Assembly (NCBI GenBank): GCA_021790715.1
Contig: JAJYGK010000038.1
Span: 1-50,934 of the forward strand
DNA length: 50,934 nt
Source: Chloroflexota bacterium
GTDB lineage: Bacteria; Chloroflexota; Limnocylindria; Limnocylindrales; CSP1-4
Direction of reading: 5' to 3'
The notes beneath the pieces were generated by a model. That model was not told the DNA's origin, ran no database searches, and was given only the letters and a program-made list of their open reading frames with translations. A program made the translations under genes and the position numbers. This document shows, in pieces, positions 18,628 through 25,560 of this stretch. Positions within the stretch are counted from its first letter, which is position 1, and each line of letters starts with the position of its first letter.

Positions 18628-20105
18628 CGATCTCGATCGGCACCGCGGTCCGCTTCACCGTCAACGGCGTGCCCGTCGTCGCCGAGGGGCCGGGCAGCCG
18701 GCGCCTGCTCGACGTCCTGCGCGACGACCTGGGGCTGACCGGCACCAAGGAGGGCTGCGGCGAGGGCGAATGCGGCGCGTGCTCGGTGCTGCTCGACGGG
18801 CGCGTCGTGAACAGCTGCCTCGTGCCGATCGGCCAGGTGGCGGGCGGCGACGTCCGCACGGTCGAGGGGCTCGCGACCGATGGGCGCCTCGGGGCGCTGC
18901 AGGAGGCGTTCCTGCAGGGCGGTGCCGTGCAGTGCGGCTTCTGCACGCCCGGCATGCTCGCGTCGGCGGCCGCGTTCCTGGCATCCCGCACGCCCCCCAC
19001 CGACGAGGCCGTGCGCGAGGCGATCGCGGGCAACCTGTGCCGGTGCACGGGCTACACGAAGATCGTGGAGGCGATCCAGGTCGCCGCGGGAGCGGAGGTG
19101 CCGGTCGAGCGTTCGGAGCCGCCCGAGGCCCCGACGTGGGGCGCCCCGTTCGCGTCGCCCGAGCGTCCGGCATCAGGCGAACCCGCGACGGCCCCGCCGT
19201 CCCTTCGCGTGCCCGTCCGGCCGCCCGCCGACGCGCGCCGGCCCGACCTCGTCGCCGTCCGCACCCTCCCGGAAGCGCTGCACCGCCTGGCGGAGGGCGG
19301 GTACCGTCCGATCGCCGGCGGCACGGACCTGATGGTGGGGCTCGAGGCCGGGACCGCCGACCCGTCGGTGCCGTTGCTCGACCTGTGGGCGCTGGACGAG
19401 CTGCGCGGCATCCGTCTCGAGGGATCGGGTCTCGTGCTGGGGGCGCTCACGACGTACGCGGAACTGCGGGCCTCGCCGGTGGTCCGGGAGCACCTGCCCG
19501 CCGTCGCACGGATGGCGGGCGGCGTCGGCGCCGTGCAGATCCAGAACCGGGGGACGCTGGGCGGAAACCTGGTGAACGCCTCGCCCGCCGGCGACACGCT
19601 GCCGCTCCTCCTCGCCGCCGACGCGGAGATCGTGGTGCAGAGCGTGCGCGGCGAACGGGCGATCCCGGCGACAGCCTTCTGGACCGGCTATCGGCGCACC
19701 GCCCTCGCGCCCGACGAGCTCGTGGTCGGCGTGCGGGTCCCGCTGCCTCCCGCCCGGCACGTCGTCTTCCGCAAGATCGGGACGCGGCGCGCACAGTCGA
19801 TCGCGAAGGCCTCCGTCGCGGTGGCGTGGCGGACGGACGAGTCGGGGGCGTGGCGCGACGTGCGGGTCGCCCTCGGTGCGGTCGCCGAGCGCGCCATCCG
19901 GGCGCCCGAGACGGAAGCGGTGCTGGAGGGTCGCGTGCCGGCACGCGACGTCGCGGACGAGGCGGCGCGGGTGGTCGCGCGCGAGATCACCCCGATCGAC
20001 GACGTCCGGTCGACCGCCGAGTACCGCCGCGCGGCGGTCGCCCGGGTGCTCCGGCGGATCGTCCTCGAGGGCGGCGACGCAGTGGCGGAGGCGAAGCTGG
20101 CCTGA
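18624..20105 (+). CDS. fused [2Fe-2S] + FAD-binding subunit of the same molybdoenzyme
   Basis: ATG 18624 inside track ORF 18162..20105, with ATGA overlap to the upstream stop. Fe-S motifs are CGEGECGACSV, CGFCTPG and CRCTGY. A Pro/Ala linker follows, then the FAD domain (AGGTDLMV, GTLGGNL). Confidence 0.85.
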   Translation: MTISIGTAVRFTVNGVPVVAEGPGSRRLLDVLRDDLGLTGTKEGCGEGECGACSVLLDGRVVNSCLVPIGQVAGGDVRTVEGLATDGRLGALQEAFLQGGAVQCGFCTPGMLASAAAFLASRTPPTDEAVREAIAGNLCRCTGYTKIVEAIQVAAGAEVPVERSEPPEAPTWGAPFASPERPASGEPATAPPSLRVPVRPPADARRPDLVAVRTLPEALHRLAEGGYRPIAGGTDLMVGLEAGTADPSVPLLDLWALDELRGIRLEGSGLVLGALTTYAELRASPVVREHLPAVARMAGGVGAVQIQNRGTLGGNLVNASPAGDTLPLLLAADAEIVVQSVRGERAIPATAFWTGYRRTALAPDELVVGVRVPLPPARHVVFRKIGTRRAQSIAKASVAVAWRTDESGAWRDVRVALGAVAERAIRAPETEAVLEGRVPARDVADEAARVVAREITPIDDVRSTAEYRRAAVARVLRRIVLEGGDAVAEAKLA

Positions 20106-20157
20106 CCGGGGGCGGTGCGTCCCGGAGATCCCGGGAGAGGCTGTGTCGGTCAGCCCA

Positions 20158-20183
20158 GCGTTCGTGCGCGGCGTTCGTGCGCG
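20158..20183. repeat. perfect 13-nt tandem duplication (GCGTTCGTGCGCG x2)
   Basis: 20158-20170 is identical to 20171-20183. It lies in the 608-nt non-coding gap. Confidence 0.9.
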
Positions 20184-20437
20184 GTGCTCGCGAAACCGAC
20201 TGCGGCGTGCATGTGGCTCATGCAAGCGACCAGATGGGCGACCGTGGCCCGGCAGCGACACCAGGCAGGCGCCCGGCTCGGGGCCCGCGACGTCGGAATG
20301 TCGAGCGTCGCGCACGAGGTCGACCCCGCCGGGGTCCGGTGCGTCGTTCTCGTGCGGCCGATGCACGAGCACGACGGCCGATGCGTGCGCCCTCGGTCCG
20401 GCGGGTCGCCAGGATGAGCCACGTGCAAGAACACCCG

Positions 20438-20540
20438 GGAGGCGCGCTCGGGAGGCGCTCGGGCGCGAGGCTCTGGAGGCGCGCTCTGGAGGCGCGCTCG
20501 GGAGGGGCGCTCGGGCGCGACGCTCGGGCGCGGGCGCTCG
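20438..20540. repeat. degenerate tandem array, eight units of 11-14 nt (consensus GGAGGCGCGCTCG)
   Basis: Units start at 20438, 20451, 20462, 20475, 20488, 20501, 20514 and 20527. The period is not a multiple of three, and there are no spacers. Confidence 0.85.
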
Positions 20541-20653
20541 GCACACCAGCGCCGGCACGACGGGCCGGCCTTGGCCTTGCGAGCCGCCACGCCCGCCCCC
20601 GACGTCATGGCCGCCCGCGGTCCGCGCCGTCGCGTCCGCAACGTGCCGCGCGC

Positions 20654-20659
20654 TAGAGT
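20654..20659 (+). promoter_or_regulatory. candidate -10 (TAGAGT, within CGCTAGAGT) for the acyl-CoA synthetase gene
   Basis: It lies 55 nt upstream of ATG 20714, which has a GAGGTGA Shine-Dalgarno. The same 9-mer occurs at 29630-29638. Confidence 0.3.
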
Positions 20660-20713
20660 GTCCGCCCGCGGGCAGGCAGGCGCCGGCCCCGCGCAGCCCG
20701 TCGAGGTGATCGC

Positions 20714-22729
20714 ATGGCGCATCCTTCGGCCCCATCCGGCGCGGTCTTCGGGCGTGACGTCCCCGATGCCGCGTGGCGCCCGCCGCCCGACCTGCTCGTC
20801 GAGAGCAGGGTTGCCAGGCTGCTGCGCGCCCTCGACGCGCCCGGCGCCGACGACCTGGAGTGGCTGCAGGCACGCGCGGTGGCCGACCCCGGGTGGTTCT
20901 GGGGGACCGCGGTCGACGACCTCGGCCTGGCCTGGCAGCGCAGGCCGGGACAGATCCTCGACATGCGCGACGGAATCGAATGGGCCCGCTGGTGGACCGG
21001 CGGGGCGTTCAACCATGCCCAGGCGGCGACCGCACCCCGGGCGGAGACGGACCCCGACGGCGAGGCGCTCACCTGGGAGGGCGAGGACGGCGCCGTCCGG
21101 CGGCTGACCCACGCCGAGCTGCGCGATCACGTCGACCGGGCCGCGGCGATGCTGGCGCGCAACGGGATCGGCCGGGGGACGCGCGTCGGCATCTTCCTGC
21201 CGATGCTGCCGGAGACGGTCGTCGCGGTGCTCGCGCTCGGGAAGCTGCGGGCGATCTTCACGCCGATCTTCTCGGGTTATGCGGCACACGCCGTCGCGAC
21301 CCGGCTCCATGCCTTCCAGGCCACGCACCTCATCACGGCGGACGGCTTCCTCCGGCGCGGCCGGGTCGTGCCGTTGAAGGAGGTCGCGGACGCGGCGCTC
21401 GACGAGACCCCGTCCGTGGAGCGCGCGATCGTCGTGAGGCGGCTGGTCGGTCGCCGCGGCGCGCTCCCCTGGAAGGCCGCGCGCGACCGCTGGTGGGACG
21501 AGGAGCTATCGGCGGACGGGAGCGCACCGCTCCGGGAGACCCCGGAGACGGATCCCGAGACGCCGTACATGGTGATCTACACGTCGGGCACCACGGGCGT
21601 GCCGAAGGGGACCGTGCACGTGCACGGCGGTTTCCCGATCAAGGCCGCCCAGGACCTCGCGCACACGTTCGACCTGCGGGCCGGCGACGCGCTCTTCTGG
21701 TTCACGGACCTCGGCTGGATGATGGGCCCCTGGGCGATCAGCGGCGCGCTGCTGCTCGGCGCCCGCCTGATCCTGTACGAGGGTGCGCCCGACTGGCCGG
21801 GACCCGACCGGCTCTGGGCGGTTGCCGAGCGCGCCCGGGCGACCCACCTGGGTGTCAGCCCGACGCTCGTCCGGGCGCTCCTCGTGCACGGCGAAGAGCC
21901 CGTGCGATCGCACGACCTGCGGTCCCTTCGCGTGCTGGGCTCGACCGGCGAACCCTGGAACGCCGACCCGTGGCGCTGGTACTTCCGCGTCGTCGGCGGC
22001 TCGCGCCTGCCGATCGTCAACTACTCGGGCGGCACCGAGGTGAGCGGGGGGATCCTGGGCTGCACGCTGCTGCGACCGATCCGGCCCATGTCGTTCAACG
22101 GCCCCTGCATCGGGATGGCGGCCGACGTCGTCGACGCGTCGGGCGCACCCGTGCGCGGGACCGTCGGCGAGCTCGTGCTGCGCGCGCCCTGGCCGGGGAT
22201 GACCCGCGGCTTCTGGGGCGGCGACCGTGAGCGCTACCTCGACACCTACTGGCGCCGGCTGCCGGGGACGTGGGTGCACGGCGACTGGGCCGTGGTCGAC
22301 CCGGACGGCTACTGGTACCTGCACGGCCGCTCCGACGACACGCTCAAGGTGGCCGGCAAGCGGGTGGGGCCGGCCGAGGTCGAGACGGCCGCCTGCGCGC
22401 ACCCGGCCGTCGTGGAGGCGGCCGCGATCGGCGTGCCGGACGCCCTCAAGGGCGAGTCGGTCGTGGTCCTCGTGGTGCTGCGGCCGGACGTGGCGGGGGA
22501 CGCGGACGTGACGCGCGAGATCTCCGAGCGCATCGTGTCGGACCTCGGCAAGCCGCTCCGCCCGGCGGCCGTCATCCCGGTCCCCGAGCTGCCGCGGACG
22601 CGCAGCGGCAAGATCATGCGTCGCGTCGCCCGCGCCGCCTACCTCGGCGCCGATCCCGGCGACCTCTCGGGCCTGGAGAACGCCGCGGCGGTGGACGCGA
22701 TCGCGTCCGCGCGCGGCAGCCACGGATAG
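20714..22729 (+). CDS. AMP-forming acyl-CoA synthetase (acetyl/acetoacetyl-CoA synthetase superfamily)
   Basis: Track ORF of 671 aa. Motifs present are YTSGTTGVPKG, WMMGPW, STGEPWN, YSGGTE, GRSDDTLKVAGKRVG and TRSGKIMRR. Confidence 0.9.
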   Translation: MAHPSAPSGAVFGRDVPDAAWRPPPDLLVESRVARLLRALDAPGADDLEWLQARAVADPGWFWGTAVDDLGLAWQRRPGQILDMRDGIEWARWWTGGAFNHAQAATAPRAETDPDGEALTWEGEDGAVRRLTHAELRDHVDRAAAMLARNGIGRGTRVGIFLPMLPETVVAVLALGKLRAIFTPIFSGYAAHAVATRLHAFQATHLITADGFLRRGRVVPLKEVADAALDETPSVERAIVVRRLVGRRGALPWKAARDRWWDEELSADGSAPLRETPETDPETPYMVIYTSGTTGVPKGTVHVHGGFPIKAAQDLAHTFDLRAGDALFWFTDLGWMMGPWAISGALLLGARLILYEGAPDWPGPDRLWAVAERARATHLGVSPTLVRALLVHGEEPVRSHDLRSLRVLGSTGEPWNADPWRWYFRVVGGSRLPIVNYSGGTEVSGGILGCTLLRPIRPMSFNGPCIGMAADVVDASGAPVRGTVGELVLRAPWPGMTRGFWGGDRERYLDTYWRRLPGTWVHGDWAVVDPDGYWYLHGRSDDTLKVAGKRVGPAEVETAACAHPAVVEAAAIGVPDALKGESVVVLVVLRPDVAGDADVTREISERIVSDLGKPLRPAAVIPVPELPRTRSGKIMRRVARAAYLGADPGDLSGLENAAAVDAIASARGSHG

Positions 22730-22866
22730 CGGCGCGGTACCGCCGGCCCACCCGCGGGCGGCCCGGGACGCTACTGTTGACCGGGGGATCCGGGATCGGC
22801 GGCAGGCACGCGCGACGGCCGGGCGGCGACCGGCGGGCGCGCGGGACGAGGAGGCGGCGCGGCGGG

Positions 22867-23517
22867 ATGGACAACGGAACCCTGATCGTCGCCGCACTCG
22901 CGATCCTGCTGGTGGGCGGATACGCGGTGGGCGCGATCCTCAACGCGCGCCTGATGGCGGCGCTGACGGCCGGGCTCCGCGAGGCGCTCTCGTGGCCGGG
23001 CGGCCGCCCGCGCGTCCAGCGCCCCGGTCGGAGCATCGTGCGCGTCGAATCGCCGGCGCCCGTCCGCGGGGCGGGCCCCGTCGTGGCGACCGCGCGCATG
23101 GCGCCCCGCGAGGCGATCCCGCTCTGGATCATGTGGGCGCTGCAGGGCCGGGGCGACGTGCTCGACGTCAGGGCGCACCTGGACGCGCCTCCGTCCGGCG
23201 CGGGGCTGGTGGCGGACACCCGCCATCGAACGGGTCGCGCGGCGATCCGAGCCGCCGTGGCGGCGGGCGGCACGCGGCGCGATGTGCCGGGGACGGCCCT
23301 CGCGACGGTGGCGTACGACGCGGCCGGACACGCGGCGATGGAGCGGATGGCTCCGGTCGCGGCCGGCGTGGCGAACCTCGTGCTGGTGGAGCTCCGCGCC
23401 GTGCAGCCGCGCCTGACGTTCCTCGTCTCCCTGCGCGGCATGCCGCGGTCGCTGTCGTCGCTCCGGCAGGACCTGCAGCGGCTCGTGGGGGCGGCACGGG
23501 GACGGTCGCGGGCGTAG
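22867..23517 (+). CDS. hypothetical protein with N-terminal TM anchor
   Basis: ATG 22867 inside track ORF 22270..23517. Sequence reads MDNGTLIVAALAILLVGGYAVGAIL... No family recognised. Coding status rests only on ORF length and the TM helix. Confidence 0.45.
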   Translation: MDNGTLIVAALAILLVGGYAVGAILNARLMAALTAGLREALSWPGGRPRVQRPGRSIVRVESPAPVRGAGPVVATARMAPREAIPLWIMWALQGRGDVLDVRAHLDAPPSGAGLVADTRHRTGRAAIRAAVAAGGTRRDVPGTALATVAYDAAGHAAMERMAPVAAGVANLVLVELRAVQPRLTFLVSLRGMPRSLSSLRQDLQRLVGAARGRSRA

Positions 23518-23542
23518 GCGCTCGAGCGCTCGGGCGCTCGCC
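23518..23542. repeat. three abutting GCGCTCG copies including the palindrome GCGCTCGAGCGC
   Basis: GCGCTCGAGCGCTCGGGCGCTCGCC lies directly after the TAG stop at 23515-23517. Confidence 0.8.
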
Positions 23543-23645
23543 GGCAGGGCACCACGCCATCGGGTGCAGACTCACGCGTAACCGGGACGACGGTCCGGGA
23601 ACCGCCGGCTCCGGGGCCGGCATCGGGCACGGAGAGGAGGATCGG

Positions 23646-24617
23646 ATGCGCACGCGACGGTTCGGGCGGGTCGGCTGGGAGGTCGGCGAGCTCGGCTACG
23701 GGATGTGGGGCATGGGCGGCTGGACCGGCTCCCACGACGACCGGTCGCGGGCCGCGCTGCAGGCGGCCGTCGATCGGGGCGTGAACTTCTTCGACACGGC
23801 CTGGGCATACGGCGACGGGCACAGCGAGCGGCTCCTCGGCGAGCTGCTGCGCGCGAACAGCGGCCGGAACCTCCACGCGGCGACCAAGGTGCCGCCGAAG
23901 AACCGCCGGTGGCCCTCGTCCCGCGGCGAGGCGCTGGACGACGCGTTCCCGCCGGCCTACATCCGCGAGTACGCCGAACGGAGCCTGGCGAACCTGGGCG
24001 CCGAGACGATCGACCTGCTGCAGTTCCACGTCTGGGAGGACGACTGGGCGGACGACGCGCGCTGGCAGCGGGCGGTGGACGACCTGCGCCGCGAGGGGCT
24101 GGTGCGCGCGATCGGGGTCAGCGTGAACCGCTGGGAGCCGGCAAACGTCCTGCGCACGCTCCGCACGGGCCTGATCGACGCGGTGCAGGTCATCTACAAC
24201 GTCTTCGACCAGGCGCCGGAGGACGAGCTCTTCCCGGCCTGCCGGGAACTCGGCGTGGCCGTCATCGCCCGCGTGCCGTTCGACGAGGGCACGCTGACGG
24301 GGACCCTGACGCTCGACTCCCGCTGGCCGGACGGTGACTGGCGCAACACGTACTTCGTGCCGGAGAACCTGCGCGAGAGCGTGGCCCACGCCGACGCGCT
24401 CCGGCCGCTCGTCCCCGCCGGCATGTCCATGCCCGAGATGGCACTCCGCTTCATCCTCTCGAACCCGGACGTCTCGACCGTGATCCCGGGCATGCGGAGC
24501 CCGGAGCGCGTGGCACAGAACGCGGACGCCGCGGAGCACGGCCCCCTGGACCCCGACCTCGTCGCCCGGCTGCGCGGCCACCGCTGGGACCGGACGCCCA
24601 CGGAGTGGTCGCAGTAG
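23646..24617 (+). CDS. aldo/keto reductase
   Basis: ATG 23646 inside track ORF 22992..24617, with GGAGAGGAGG upstream. Sequence reads FFDTAWAYGDGHSERLLG...KVPPK...IDLLQFH...IGVS. Confidence 0.9.
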   Translation: MRTRRFGRVGWEVGELGYGMWGMGGWTGSHDDRSRAALQAAVDRGVNFFDTAWAYGDGHSERLLGELLRANSGRNLHAATKVPPKNRRWPSSRGEALDDAFPPAYIREYAERSLANLGAETIDLLQFHVWEDDWADDARWQRAVDDLRREGLVRAIGVSVNRWEPANVLRTLRTGLIDAVQVIYNVFDQAPEDELFPACRELGVAVIARVPFDEGTLTGTLTLDSRWPDGDWRNTYFVPENLRESVAHADALRPLVPAGMSMPEMALRFILSNPDVSTVIPGMRSPERVAQNADAAEHGPLDPDLVARLRGHRWDRTPTEWSQ

Positions 24618-24728
24618 CCGACCGCCCGGCGGACGCTCACCCGCGGGGATCGGGACCGCACGCGCCGCGGACGCGCCCAGCCGTGGTACGGTCGGCCGCG
24701 GCAGATCGACAGTCACGGGGGTCGGTGC

Positions 24729-25094
24729 ATGGCGAACCAGGCGATCACGGCGGCGTACTTCTACCGGATCCGGTGGGGCCACCACGACGAGTGGGTCGAG
24801 CTGTTCCTGCGGAACCACTGGCCGATCCTGCGCGAGCAGGTGAAGACCGGGCGCATGCTCGACGTGCGCATGTACCAGCCACGCTTCCACGGCGACGGGC
24901 GCGCGGACTGGGACCTGATGGTCACCATCACGTACCGCGACTGGGCGGCGATGGAGGAGCACTCGGAGGCCGCCATCGCGAAGCGGCTGTACCCGGACCA
25001 GGAGACGTTCCGCGCCGAGGAGCGGCGCCGCTTCGAGCTGCTCGACGCCCACTGGGACGTGCCGCTCGAGGAGCGGCGGCTGCCGGCCGAGTAG
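24729..25094 (+). CDS. hypothetical small cytosolic protein (possibly ferredoxin-like alpha+beta barrel)
   Basis: Track ORF of 121 aa with GGGGG 9 nt upstream. No confident family assignment. Confidence 0.55.
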   Translation: MANQAITAAYFYRIRWGHHDEWVELFLRNHWPILREQVKTGRMLDVRMYQPRFHGDGRADWDLMVTITYRDWAAMEEHSEAAIAKRLYPDQETFRAEERRRFELLDAHWDVPLEERRLPAE

Positions 25095-25136
25095 CCGGAG
25101 GGCGTCGCGCGCCGCGGGCACCCGGCGCGATCGAAC

Positions 25137-25170
25137 GGGAGCGGTCGGCCGGGAGCGGTCGGCCGGGAGG
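25137..25170. repeat. perfect 14-nt tandem repeat x2.4 (GGGAGCGGTCGGCC) ending in the RBS of the ABM gene
   Basis: 25137-25150 is identical to 25151-25164. The partial third copy GGGAGG (25165-25170) is the Shine-Dalgarno, 6 nt before ATG 25177. Confidence 0.9.
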
Positions 25171-25176
25171 AGATCG

Positions 25177-25479
25177 ATGCACGTCACGCTCGTCTACGTC
25201 CACGTGCGCCCCGAGCATCTCGACGAGTTCATCGCGGCCACGCGCGCGAACCACGAGGGCTCGGTCCGCGAGCCCGGGAACCTGCGCTTCGACATCCTGC
25301 AGTCGGCCGACGACCCGACGCGGTTCGTCTTCTACGAGGCGTACGTGGACGCCGACTCGGCCCGGGCGCACCGGGAGACGGCCCACTACCTCGCGTGGCG
25401 CGAGACGGTCGCGACGTGGATGGCGGAGCCGCGCGAGGGGATCCGGTACCTGGGGCTGCTCCCCGAGCCGGGGCGCTGA
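25177..25479 (+). CDS. antibiotic-biosynthesis-monooxygenase (ABM) domain protein
   Basis: Track ORF of 100 aa. Sequence reads MHVTLVYVHVRPEHLDEFIAATRANHEGSVREPGNLRFDILQSADDPTRFVFYEAY, the typical YgiN/ABM pattern. Confidence 0.82.
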   Translation: MHVTLVYVHVRPEHLDEFIAATRANHEGSVREPGNLRFDILQSADDPTRFVFYEAYVDADSARAHRETAHYLAWRETVATWMAEPREGIRYLGLLPEPGR

Positions 25480-25485
25480 CAGCGG

Positions 25486-25554
25486 CCCGGGTCCGATCGG
25501 ACGCTCGACCCGGTCAGGCGCCCCGGTCGGACGCTCGCCCAGTACAGGCGCTCG
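25486..25554. repeat. imperfect direct repeat with 30-nt period in a convergent gap
   Basis: TCGGACGCTCG occurs at 25497-25507 and 25527-25537. Each is followed by CAGGCGC (25515-25521 and 25545-25551). Confidence 0.8.
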
Positions 25555-25560
25555 TGGCGG

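Noticed and set aside
20115-20417. A 100-aa plus-strand ORF in the long gap.
   Set aside because: It has no RBS, an Arg/Ala/Gly-rich composition, no recognisable motif, and overlaps hairpins and duplications. It is more likely non-coding.
20438-20540. Possible CRISPR array.
   Set aside because: The units are 11-14 nt and directly abut without spacers. No cas genes are present. It is a minisatellite-like array, not a CRISPR.
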